A stretch of DNA of 64,000 bases from assembly GCA_034432935.1 (NCBI GenBank), contig DAOUBD010000012.1, positions 17,344 through 81,343 on the forward strand. Reading direction: 5' to 3'. This DNA is from Dehalococcoidia bacterium. Its GTDB lineage: Bacteria > Chloroflexota > Dehalococcoidia > SM23-28-2 > RBG-16-64-32. Below, one piece after another: positions 1-8,222 of this stretch. Position 1 is the first letter of the stretch. Every line of letters starts with the position of its first letter. Position numbers and translations under genes: made by a program. The notes beneath the pieces are model-generated. The model had not been told where the DNA came from. It saw only the letters and a list, made by a program, of their open reading frames with translations, and searched no databases.

Positions 1-262
1 AGGTCCCCACCAGGCCCACGTTGCCTCTGAAGTCGGTCCGCGGGCCTATCCCCGCCCAGAGGGGCCATCGGGCCAGCTCTGCGCCTTCCACCTCATCGAG
101 GGGAAACTCGGCGTCAAACACCCGCCCGAAGTGGACGTGCAGCTTTCCATCGTGGAGCTGCGCGTAGGCCCGCTGCTGGGTAACCCCTAGGGGCCAGAGG
201 AAGGGCGCCCAGAGGGGGCTTGTAAGAATGCGGAACTCCTGAGCCTTCGTCTTGGGGGCCAT
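1..262 (-). CDS. Hypothetical protein, truncated at the left window edge (MAPKTKAQEFRILTSPLWAPFLWPLGVTQQRAYAQLHDGKLHVHFGRVFDAEFPLDEVEGAELARWPLWAGIGPRTDFRGNVGLVGT...)
   Basis: Not in the ORF track because no stop falls in the window. Translated by hand: ATG at 262-260, SD GAAGGAGGT 7 nt upstream, frame open to base 2. Resembles small actinobacterial conserved hypotheticals (from memory). Confidence 0.75.
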   Translation of the reverse strand, partial: MAPKTKAQEFRILTSPLWAPFLWPLGVTQQRAYAQLHDGKLHVHFGRVFDAEFPLDEVEGAELARWPLWAGIGPRTDFRGNVGLVGT

Positions 263-457
263 CGCGATCAACCTCCTTCGAGCCTTGTCTCGCTCCATCC
301 ACCAACGGTAGTTCGCAGATCACCCGCTGCCAAGTGCCATATGGACCGGTTCCCTCCTGCTGTCCGGCTCGCAGCGGAGCGGGATGGTACGTTCGCCGGG
401 CTGCGCGTACAATATGCCCATGCAGAAACGATCGTTTGCCTGCGGAGGCTCGGCGGC

Positions 458-1243
458 ATGAGCCTGCAAGGATCGGTAGCGGTCGTCACCGGCGCCTCGC
501 GGGGCATTGGGAAGGCCGTTGCCGTAGCCTTAGCAGCAGAGGGTGCGTCGGTCGTCTGCGCGGCGCGGTCTACCTCTGAGATGCCCTCCCGAGCGCCAGG
601 TACGATAGACGAGACCGCAAGGCAGATTCGGGCCGCGGGAGGAAGGGCGGTCGCTGTCCCCTGCGACCTCCTCGTCGACCAGCAAGTCGAGGCGCTGGCT
701 AAGGCTACCCTCGCGGAGTTCGGGCGGGTCGATGTTCTCGTGAACAACGCCGGCTACCTGTATCGTTCGCCTTTCGTCGAACTCCCGATGAAGCGGTGGG
801 ACGTGATGCTTGGCGTCAACTTGCGAGGTACGGCGCTCTGCACCAAGATCTTTCTCCCCCACATGCTGGCGCAAGGCAGCGGCCGCATCCTCAACGTGTC
901 CTCAGGTGCGGCGGCGTCTTCCCTGGCGATGGCAGAGGTCGACGCCAAGTTGGGCACCCTTGCTTACAGTATTGCCAAGGCTGGAGTAGAGCGGCTCACA
1001 GAAGGCCTGGCCCTGGAGCTCCAGGGCACAGGCGTCGCCGTGAACTGCCTGCGCGTGGACCTGCTGATTGCCGCTGAGGGCGCGATGGAAGGGAACGCTG
1101 ACATAGACTACGGTATCGCCGAACCGCCCGAACGGGCTGCGGAGGCCATGCTGTGGCTCTTGCGCCGGCCCGTCACCTACACCGGCAGGGTCGTCAGCAT
1201 GACCGACATCCGGCAGTGGAAGCACCTTAAGATCTTCGATTAG
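458..1243 (+). CDS. Short-chain dehydrogenase/reductase (SDR), HSDL2-like
   Basis: TGASRGIG, NNAG and YSIAK (YxxxK) motifs. Start moved from 341 to ATG 458, which has GGAGG upstream. Close paralog at 8223-8981. Confidence 0.9.
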   Translation: MSLQGSVAVVTGASRGIGKAVAVALAAEGASVVCAARSTSEMPSRAPGTIDETARQIRAAGGRAVAVPCDLLVDQQVEALAKATLAEFGRVDVLVNNAGYLYRSPFVELPMKRWDVMLGVNLRGTALCTKIFLPHMLAQGSGRILNVSSGAAASSLAMAEVDAKLGTLAYSIAKAGVERLTEGLALELQGTGVAVNCLRVDLLIAAEGAMEGNADIDYGIAEPPERAAEAMLWLLRRPVTYTGRVVSMTDIRQWKHLKIFD

Positions 1244-1257
1244 TGGGAGGTTGCCCC

Positions 1258-2760
1258 ATGGGGATCCGGATCGATGACGCCACCTGCATCGGCTGTGGCC
1301 TGTGCGAGTACTCCTGCGCGTACGACGCCATCCGGGTGCAGCTCAAGGCACGGGTCGATAACGCGCGATGCACGGATTGCAATGTGTGCGTGGACTACTG
1401 TCCTGTCCAGGCCATCAGCATGGAACGCCCGAGGCCAGTTGCTGAAACCTCCCCGGGACGGGCCAACTTCGATGTTACCGTCGTGGGCGGCGGTGTCGGT
1501 GGGCTATCCGCGGCGGCCCTCTTGTCCCATCGCGGCTACAGGGTCCTGGTTCTGGAACGCGCCCCCGCCGTGGGCGGCAGATACGGTTCGCTCAAGCACG
1601 ATGGCATCGTCTTCCCCAACGGCGGTTCCCTGATCCAGGTGGGTGGGCCCGTACAGGAAGTCTTCGACGAGACAGGCGCCGAGTTCGATGTGGTGGCGCC
1701 AGGGCTCATACGCTATTGGGTGCGAGGAAAGGGCTGGGTGGACCCAGGATCTGGCGGCGGTCAATTCCGCAGGGCCCTGAACATGATCTCGGAAGAGCCT
1801 GACACCGTGGACAAGGTTATGGCGTCGATGAAGGAGATCATGTCCACCGGCCGGTATCCCCCGGGGAGCATGTTGGACTGGCTGCACTCCATTACCCGGA
1901 ACGAAGGCATCCAGCGCGTATTCCAGGCGATTGTGGCTACCGCCTTCGGTCCGGAGGACGTGCCAGCCGCCAACTTCTTCGCTCTCCTCGCCCTCACCTC
2001 CGGCAAGGGTGCGGGCCTGGCCAGGGAAGGTGGCCACCGTCTGATGAGCCGCCTGGCGCGGGTCGTCCGGCGGAACCAGGGTGAAATCTGGACGCGCGCG
2101 GTGGTACAAAGGATCAGTCTCAGCGACGCGGGGGCGGAGGTAACCGCTCTTCGCTGTGGGCGGCCCTACACGATTTCGTCGCAAGTTGTCGTAAGCAACG
2201 TCGGGCCAAGGCAAACCGTTAGCCTGGTTGGGTCCGAACGATTCGATGCGGGGTACCTTCAGTACGTCGAGGCCAAGATCAAGCCGATGTACGTCCCATC
2301 CTTCCACCTGGTCAGCAATCGCAGCCTGACGGACAACTTTGCCGGCTTCGTTTACGCCATCGGGACCCGCAAGATCTGCACTCTGTTCGAGAGCAGCGCG
2401 ATAGCGGCCTGGGGCGGTCCTGAGAAACACCTAGTCGAGATTTACCCCTTCACGCTCCCAGACCCCGACCAAAAGGCCGACCCCGTAGTCTGGATTCAAG
2501 AGACCGAGAAGGACCTGGACGACATCTTCCCAGGTTGGCGCGGGCACGCTGAACTCAAGGCCATCTGTTTCAGCCCTGACTACCCAGGCAACCACACGTG
2601 GACGGGGCTGGGTGTCGATGTGGAGACCCCGTTCCCCAATCTGTTCCTTGTGGGCGACGGTTGTCATAGTCCCAAGGGCTACGCCGGGGGGACTGCGGCC
2701 GCGGAGTCTGGCCAGCGCGTCGCTGACCTCGTCAGCGAGCGGTTCGGGCGGGAGGCGTAG
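1258..2760 (+). CDS. 2x[4Fe-4S] ferredoxin fused to a phytoene-desaturase-like (CrtI-family) FAD oxidoreductase
   Basis: CIGCGLCEYSC and CTDCNVCVDYCP at the N-terminus, then VVGGGVGGLSAA...VLERAPAVGGR dinucleotide-binding fold and C-terminal NLFLVGD. ATG 1258 has GGAGG upstream. Confidence 0.8.
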   Translation: MGIRIDDATCIGCGLCEYSCAYDAIRVQLKARVDNARCTDCNVCVDYCPVQAISMERPRPVAETSPGRANFDVTVVGGGVGGLSAAALLSHRGYRVLVLERAPAVGGRYGSLKHDGIVFPNGGSLIQVGGPVQEVFDETGAEFDVVAPGLIRYWVRGKGWVDPGSGGGQFRRALNMISEEPDTVDKVMASMKEIMSTGRYPPGSMLDWLHSITRNEGIQRVFQAIVATAFGPEDVPAANFFALLALTSGKGAGLAREGGHRLMSRLARVVRRNQGEIWTRAVVQRISLSDAGAEVTALRCGRPYTISSQVVVSNVGPRQTVSLVGSERFDAGYLQYVEAKIKPMYVPSFHLVSNRSLTDNFAGFVYAIGTRKICTLFESSAIAAWGGPEKHLVEIYPFTLPDPDQKADPVVWIQETEKDLDDIFPGWRGHAELKAICFSPDYPGNHTWTGLGVDVETPFPNLFLVGDGCHSPKGYAGGTAAAESGQRVADLVSERFGREA

Positions 2761-2762
2761 GC

Positions 2763-3554
2763 GTGGATTTAGGGATTCGGGGCCGGGTCGCCTTGGTGAC
2801 CGGCGCGGGACGGGGGATCGGCGCCGGCATCTGCGAAGTGCTGGCGGAGGAAGGGGTGCGCCTGGCGGTCAACGATGTTGTGCCTGAGAGAGCCGAGGCC
2901 GTGGCCCGGCGCCTGCGCGAACTTGGGGCTGAGGCTCTTCCCGCGCCCGGCGACGTCGCAGATGAGGAGTCCGTAGTTAATCTATTGGAAAGGGTGAGGA
3001 GCGAACTGGCGCCAGTCGATATTTTGATCAACAACGCGGGTCCACCGCCGGGTTCGGGCTATGGCGCCGGTGCCTTCTTCGCTCCGTTCGATGAGACGGA
3101 TCGTCCCTTTTGGGAGCGCATGACAGGCACTATAATCACCGGAATGCTGAACTGCACCCGGCAGGTTCTGCCTGACATGATCGCCCGCCGCTGGGGGCGG
3201 ATCATCAACATAGGGTCCGATGCTGGCCGCGTGGGGCGCCCGCAACTGGCCCTTTACTCTTTGGCCAAAGGTGGCGTTGTCAGCTTCACCAAGGCGCTGG
3301 CCCAAGAGGTGGGCAAGTACTGCATAACTGTCAACTGTGTCTCCCCCGGGGCCACCGAGACCGAGTCTTCGCAAGCCTGGCTGAAGGATTACGGCAGCCA
3401 GCTCCTAACCCAGTTCCCCATGGCCCAGGGCCTCGGGCGTTTTGGTAGACCCAGGGATGTCGGCGTCGCCGTAGCCTTTCTGGCATCCGTCCACGCGGAG
3501 TGGATCACGGGCCAGGTGCTGAGCGTGAACGGTGGCCGCGACATGCCGGACTAG
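2763..3554 (+). CDS. SDR, 3-oxoacyl-reductase/BadH-like family
   Basis: TGAGRGIG, NNAG, SDAGRVG, YSLAK, TGQVLSVNGG. GTG start. Confidence 0.9.
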   Translation: MDLGIRGRVALVTGAGRGIGAGICEVLAEEGVRLAVNDVVPERAEAVARRLRELGAEALPAPGDVADEESVVNLLERVRSELAPVDILINNAGPPPGSGYGAGAFFAPFDETDRPFWERMTGTIITGMLNCTRQVLPDMIARRWGRIINIGSDAGRVGRPQLALYSLAKGGVVSFTKALAQEVGKYCITVNCVSPGATETESSQAWLKDYGSQLLTQFPMAQGLGRFGRPRDVGVAVAFLASVHAEWITGQVLSVNGGRDMPD

Positions 3555-3565
3555 GAGGAGACCGT

Positions 3566-5971
3566 GTGGGAGCGCTGACCGGCATCAGGGTGGTCGAGCT
3601 GGGCGAAATGGTCTCTGCGCCCTATTGTGCGCGCCTCTTTGCCGATTTTGGCGCCGAGGTCATCAAGGTAGAACCGCCGCAGGGAGACGTCGCGAGGCGC
3701 TGGGGGCCGTTCCCTGGTGACCAACCCCACCCTGAGAAGAGTGGACTGTTCTTCTTTCTCAATACGAACAAGCGCAGCATCACCCTCGACTTTCAAGACC
3801 AGAATGACCGGCAGCGGCTGCTCCGTCTGCTCGAGAGGGTAGATCTTTTTGTAGAGAACTATTCGCCTCAGCAGATGCAGGCATGGGGACTTGACTATCC
3901 GTCCCTTTCCAAAGTCAATCCGAACCTGGTGATGGTCTCCATTACCCCCTTTGGGCAGAGCGGCCCATATGCCTCTTGGCGCGGATATGACCTGAACGCC
4001 TTCCATCTCTCGGGCGCGGGCCACCGTTACTGCGGTCACCCTGATCGCGAACCGCTGGAATACGGCACCTTCGCCGCCGATTTCTTTGGGGCGATAGCCG
4101 GTGCTGCCTGGGGCCTGGCAGCCCTCTGGGGCCGCCAAAACGTGGGGGGAGGCCAACATGTCGATGTCTCCTGCGCTGAGGTGATCGCCGCCGTCTTTGT
4201 GGGCGGCCAGAACATTGGCGGATACGCGCAAGATGGAGTCTTCGAAAGGCGGCTGGGCACGGGCATGCCACTGGCTGCACCTGGAACCATCCTCCCCTGC
4301 AAGGACGGTTACGTCTGGGTCCTAGCCTTCGAGCCTGACCAATGGAAGGGGCTGGCCAGGGCCATGGGTGACCCGGAGTGGATGCACCTAGAGGAGTTCT
4401 TGGACCTCTTCTATCGCAAGCAGAACGAAGACGCTATCTATCCCCTCCTCAGGCAGTGGACGGCCGGCCTGACCAAACAGGAGATCATGGACCTCTGCCA
4501 GGCCAACGGCTGCCCTAGTACCGCAGTGCTCTCTGTGGAGGAGGCCGTTCAGCATCCTCACGTCCAGCACCGGCGCTACGTGGTCACCGTCGATCACCCC
4601 GTCCTCGGGCCAACACCGACGCTCGGCGCGCCGGCCAGGCTCTGGGGCGACCCCTCGGGGCCGGTTCGTGGCGCGCCGCTCTTGGGCCAGGATAACTCCA
4701 GTCTGCCCCGATATCTGGAGATGGCACCGCCAGCTCTTGCGCCGTCTTCCGACGGTGGCCGGTTGCCCCTCGAAGGCGTTCGCGTGCTGAACTTCGGTTG
4801 GGTATGGGCCGGACCCATAGTCGGCCAGACCCTGGGTTTTCTGGGCGCAGAGGTGTACAAGGTGGAATCACGCGCCAGAATCGACCTCAACCGGTTGTTC
4901 CCACCTTTTGCGGAAGGCATTGAGGATCCGAATAGGAGCCTCCAAAACCATGCGGGTTGGGCTGGGAACGGCAGCATCACCTTGGATCTGAGAAAACCGC
5001 AGGCGCAAGAGCTGGCAAAGAAGCTGGTAGCCAAGAGCGACGTGGTCATTGAGAACTTTGCGCCTGGAACGATGGAGCGCTTGCACCTGAGTTTTTCCGA
5101 GTTGCGTGCCGTCAACCCGCGCCTGGTGATGTTGTCCATGCCAGCTGCCGGTCTTTCTGGGCCGCTGAAGGACATCCGAACCTATGGCGTCACTCTTACG
5201 AGCCTCACTGGGTTGGACAGCATCACCGGATATCATGGCGGCCCGCCGGTGCCCATGGAGAACGCTTTTGCCGACCCCTACAATGGGATCTTGGGCGCGT
5301 TCCTCGTTCTAGCTGCCCTTCACTACCGTGACCAAACGGGGGAAGGTCAGCACATCGACTACTCTCAGTTGGAAGGGGTCATGCAGATGATGGGCCCCGC
5401 TGCCATGGACTTCTTCTCTAACGGGCGAGTAGCTGCTACCTTGGGCAACCGGCATCCTCTAGGTGTGGGGGCTCCCCATGGAGTTTTCCCTTGCGCCGGC
5501 GATGACCGGTGGATCAGCATAGCGGTGCTTCGGGAGGAAGAGTGGCTCGGCCTGGTCGAGGCGATGGGTCGTCCCGCCTGGGCCCTCTCGCAGCGCTTTG
5601 CCAGCGCCAGTGCCCGGATTGCCAACATCGAGGAGCTTCACGAGCGGCTCTCAGCTTGGACGAGACAGCAAGACAATCGCGACCTAGCTGACGCTTTACA
5701 GCGCTGCGGGGTGCCTGCCGCGCCGGTCTCCAACGTAGCGGACCTTTATCACGATCCCCACTTCAGGGCTCGCGGCACCTTTATCGAAGTACGCCACTCG
5801 TTGGGATTCAATGAGACCATCTACGGCCCCTACGTCAAGCTGAGCCGCACATCGCCGCGCATCCGTCCTGGGCCAGCCATTGGCCAGGACAACGAGGGCG
5901 TTTTCCTTGGCCTCCTGGGTCTCGACCGGGAGGAGTACCAGCGCCTGGTGCGCGACGAGGTGATCTACTAG
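3566..5971 (+). CDS. Tandem (two-domain) CaiB/BaiF class III CoA-transferase
   Basis: Two complete CoA-transferase III domains (LTGIRVVELG...; LPLEGVRVLNFG...). Both keep an Asp at the catalytic position (ADFFG, ADPYNG). GTG 3566 follows AGGAGGAG. Confidence 0.9.
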   Translation: MGALTGIRVVELGEMVSAPYCARLFADFGAEVIKVEPPQGDVARRWGPFPGDQPHPEKSGLFFFLNTNKRSITLDFQDQNDRQRLLRLLERVDLFVENYSPQQMQAWGLDYPSLSKVNPNLVMVSITPFGQSGPYASWRGYDLNAFHLSGAGHRYCGHPDREPLEYGTFAADFFGAIAGAAWGLAALWGRQNVGGGQHVDVSCAEVIAAVFVGGQNIGGYAQDGVFERRLGTGMPLAAPGTILPCKDGYVWVLAFEPDQWKGLARAMGDPEWMHLEEFLDLFYRKQNEDAIYPLLRQWTAGLTKQEIMDLCQANGCPSTAVLSVEEAVQHPHVQHRRYVVTVDHPVLGPTPTLGAPARLWGDPSGPVRGAPLLGQDNSSLPRYLEMAPPALAPSSDGGRLPLEGVRVLNFGWVWAGPIVGQTLGFLGAEVYKVESRARIDLNRLFPPFAEGIEDPNRSLQNHAGWAGNGSITLDLRKPQAQELAKKLVAKSDVVIENFAPGTMERLHLSFSELRAVNPRLVMLSMPAAGLSGPLKDIRTYGVTLTSLTGLDSITGYHGGPPVPMENAFADPYNGILGAFLVLAALHYRDQTGEGQHIDYSQLEGVMQMMGPAAMDFFSNGRVAATLGNRHPLGVGAPHGVFPCAGDDRWISIAVLREEEWLGLVEAMGRPAWALSQRFASASARIANIEELHERLSAWTRQQDNRDLADALQRCGVPAAPVSNVADLYHDPHFRARGTFIEVRHSLGFNETIYGPYVKLSRTSPRIRPGPAIGQDNEGVFLGLLGLDREEYQRLVRDEVIY

Positions 5972-5994
5972 GCTCCGTGATTTCGATGTGCTTC

Positions 5995-6062
5995 TGTGCG
6001 GTATTGCCCTACACAATATGGGGCGCTACCGGACAGACGGGTTTGCAAAATGGCAATAACGT
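5995..6062 (+). promoter_or_regulatory. Tandem palindromic operator plus -10 box (site 1 of 7), pointing into non-coding DNA
   Basis: TGTGCGG-tattg-CCCTACA / TATGGGG-cgcta-CCGGACA / 21 nt / TAACGT. Same architecture as six other intergenic sites. Confidence 0.65.
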
Positions 6063-6166
6063 GGTAGATGCGTGCGCTCCCGTGCGCCGCAGCCAGGTAG
6101 TCAATGTGTGCCCCCAACCCTTGGCTCAGCCCTCCGACGGAGCGGCCAGCGGGAGTTGCCTCGCGC

Positions 6167-6240
6167 CGGCGGCCGGCGGTCCCAGCGGCGCCAATCCTAG
6201 CGTGCCTGTCTCAATAACGGGCGCCCACTGCCGGCCGCCG
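6167..6240. repeat. Long inverted repeat (14-bp outer stem plus inner GGCGCC stem) between convergent genes
   Basis: 6167-6180 CGGCGGCCGGCGGT pairs with 6227-6240 ACTGCCGGCCGCCG (one G-T). GGCGCC at 6187-6192 and 6220-6225. No U-tract on either strand. Confidence 0.7.
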
Positions 6241-6250
6241 CAACACGCCC

Positions 6251-6706
6251 CTACGAGCCTTCTCTCGCTGACTTCCACCCTTCCGTGATGGGAACGAAGT
6301 GGGACATCCGTAATCGCCGGCGCGCGAACTTCCACCGGCCGTTCTCGCGTATGTATTCGTCCTCGTACGCCCCCGCCCCAATCATCGCCTTGCCGTCTAC
6401 CGTGGCCCTGAGGTCCAGGTAGCAGGTGCCCCTCGCCCGGTCGCCGTCAAGCTCGATGACGTGGTTGTGGACAAAGGGCATGAACTCGCCCTGCAGCAGG
6501 CCCTGGTAAGATTCCACTAGGGCCTCCCGGCCGACGATTGGAGGACGGTCGTCCAGCTCCATGCTAGCGTCTTCCGCGAAAAGCTCTATGGCTCCTTCTA
6601 CATCTCGCCGCCAAATGCAGTGGGCGTAACGGATCGCGAGGTCCCGTATTGCTTCCCGGTCCCTTAGCTCTTGGACGGCTTGCTGGAGATCCTCCGGGCG
6701 CATCAT
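6251..6706 (-). CDS. SnoaL/NTF2-like fold protein (LinA/BaiE-like family)
   Basis: DREAIRDL..RY, HNHVIELDGDRARG, Y.DEY.R.NGRWKF..R pattern. Start at ATG 6706 or 6703. Confidence 0.85.
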   Translation of the reverse strand: MMRPEDLQQAVQELRDREAIRDLAIRYAHCIWRRDVEGAIELFAEDASMELDDRPPIVGREALVESYQGLLQGEFMPFVHNHVIELDGDRARGTCYLDLRATVDGKAMIGAGAYEDEYIRENGRWKFARRRLRMSHFVPITEGWKSAREGS

Positions 6707-6754
6707 GAAACCCTTTGCCTCTGGCCGGTGCGGTTTTCGCATCGGCCGGGGCCG

Positions 6755-6783
6755 AATCTACCCCCGGACCGCCCTTGCGTCAA
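6755..6783 (-). promoter_or_regulatory. Sigma70-type promoter for the SnoaL gene
   Basis: Minus strand TTGACG-N17-TAGATT. Confidence 0.6.
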
Positions 6784-6832
6784 GCCCGCGTGACCCGCGG
6801 TCTGCTACACTGAGTCGCCAGGAGGGACGAAG

Positions 6833-7252
6833 GTGAACGAAGCCCGGCTGAACATGGTCCAGCAGTCGCCCGTTTGGCAGACCCTCGGTGCTCAAGTCAT
6901 CGAGGCGAAAGATGGCCACGCCGTGGTCAAATACCGGGCCGGGGAGGACTGGCTGATACCCTCGGGCCGTGTGCAGGGCGGCTTTCTCGCCGCGATGATC
7001 GACTCCTGCATGGCGGCCGCGATAGTTGCCAGCCTAGCGCCAGGTCAGTGGCATACTACCATTGAGATGAAGGTGAACTACTTCCGCCCAGCACCTCCCG
7101 GCGGCTTTACCGGTCAATCCGAGGTGGTCTGGAAGGGGAAGAACATCGTTTATGCGGAGGCCACCCTGTCTCATGAAAGCGCAGGGCTCGTGGCCAAAGG
7201 CGTCTCGACATGTATGGTGCTACAGGACCGGAGCCCAGGCAGAGGGGAGTAG
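6833..7252 (+). CDS. PaaI-family hot-dog thioesterase
   Basis: GRVQGGFLAAMIDS...TTIEMKVNYFRP. GTG start after AGGAGG. Extended -10 TGcTACACT at 6803-6811. Confidence 0.9.
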   Translation: MNEARLNMVQQSPVWQTLGAQVIEAKDGHAVVKYRAGEDWLIPSGRVQGGFLAAMIDSCMAAAIVASLAPGQWHTTIEMKVNYFRPAPPGGFTGQSEVVWKGKNIVYAEATLSHESAGLVAKGVSTCMVLQDRSPGRGE

Positions 7253-7270
7253 GCCTGGCGCGCTTCTAGC

Positions 7271-7690
7271 CTACGGCGTAACGGGTACCGGCATCTGTAC
7301 CGTGAGCCGAACTGCGGTTGTAGGGCCGTCCTCCGTAGAGAACGTCACGTCCGCGTCCACCAGCCGGCAGCCATTGGACTCTCTGACGCCTGTCACCACA
7401 CCTTCGGCGGTAAGGGTGCGGTTGATGTAGTTCGACCCGCGCATCGCCACCTCCAGACGTCGCAAGAAGGCATCGTTGCCGAACCAGTGGCAGGCCGCCC
7501 GGCCGGCAAACGCCTGGAGGAACATCGTGTTGAAGAAGATCGTCTCGGCTCCGTTCGCCCGGGCCGCCCGCTCGTCGTGGTGCACCGGGTAGTAGTCTCT
7601 CGTACCCGCCACGGCTTGGACAGCCCGCCTCAGGGTCAGGGGCAGGCTGATAGGAGGCAGCTTATCGCCCTCTTTCCACTCCTGGGTCAT
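7271..7690 (-). CDS. MaoC-family (R)-enoyl-CoA hydratase subunit (ChsH1-like)
   Basis: TRDYYPVHHD hydratase-2 motif (D-x4-H), EGDKLP N-terminus. Confidence 0.85.
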   Translation of the reverse strand: MTQEWKEGDKLPPISLPLTLRRAVQAVAGTRDYYPVHHDERAARANGAETIFFNTMFLQAFAGRAACHWFGNDAFLRRLEVAMRGSNYINRTLTAEGVVTGVRESNGCRLVDADVTFSTEDGPTTAVRLTVQMPVPVTP

Positions 7691-8196
7691 GCTGCGCCTC
7701 CGCTCGTTGCTGGCCGGTAGATGAATAGCGTGAAGGTGTGGGTCCCTACCACTTGCCCGTACTGGTTGCGGAACGTGTCCTTGGTGGACACGAAGTGCCC
7801 TGTGCCCAGGCGGGTGGTTTTCTCCTCGCTTATGGAGCTGATCTGAGTGGTAACGGTCAGGGTGTCGCCGTACCTTAGCGGGAGGAAGTACTCCTGGACG
7901 GAGTTGACAGCGATGGTCGCGGTGCAGCCCTCGATCTGGAGTTTGCCCACAGGGTTCTCGCGTTGGACCTCAGGCCACACGGGCGCCATACCCCATGTGA
8001 AGAGCATGGCGGGCGGCGCGAACTTCCCCTGGAGCCACGTTGTCCGGGCGTAGGCGTCGTCGAAGTAGATGGGGTTCGGGTCCTCTACCATCTCGCACCA
8101 GAACCGCGCCATCGCTTCGTTGACGGCATATGGGGCCGGGCGGGGTTCTGTCTCTTGTCCAATCAGGGCCCGTTGCTCGGGAGTGATGACCGGCAT
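7687..8196 (-). CDS. MaoC_dehydrat_N / FAS1-like dehydratase subunit (ChsH2 N-domain-like)
   Basis: VNEAMARFWCEMVEDPNPIYFD...APPAM...KTTRLGTGHFV. 4-bp overlap with the downstream partner gene. Confidence 0.85.
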   Translation of the reverse strand: MPVITPEQRALIGQETEPRPAPYAVNEAMARFWCEMVEDPNPIYFDDAYARTTWLQGKFAPPAMLFTWGMAPVWPEVQRENPVGKLQIEGCTATIAVNSVQEYFLPLRYGDTLTVTTQISSISEEKTTRLGTGHFVSTKDTFRNQYGQVVGTHTFTLFIYRPATSGGAA

Positions 8197-8222
8197 CCTA
8201 CCTCCTTTGCCCCAACCCTTGT

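Noticed and set aside
361-367. TGTCCGG half-site in the first divergent promoter region
   Set aside because: No second palindrome, and only a poor hexamer at the expected distance.
1258-2760. Carotenoid biosynthesis crtI
   Set aside because: No crtB/E/Y neighbours, a shorter domain, a fused ferredoxin and a catabolic operon.
5977-6335. ORF-track frames 5977-6288 (+) and 6126-6335 (-) as genes
   Set aside because: They run across the operator and hairpin or overlap the SnoaL gene, lack an SD, and have low-complexity Pro/Ala/Gly composition.
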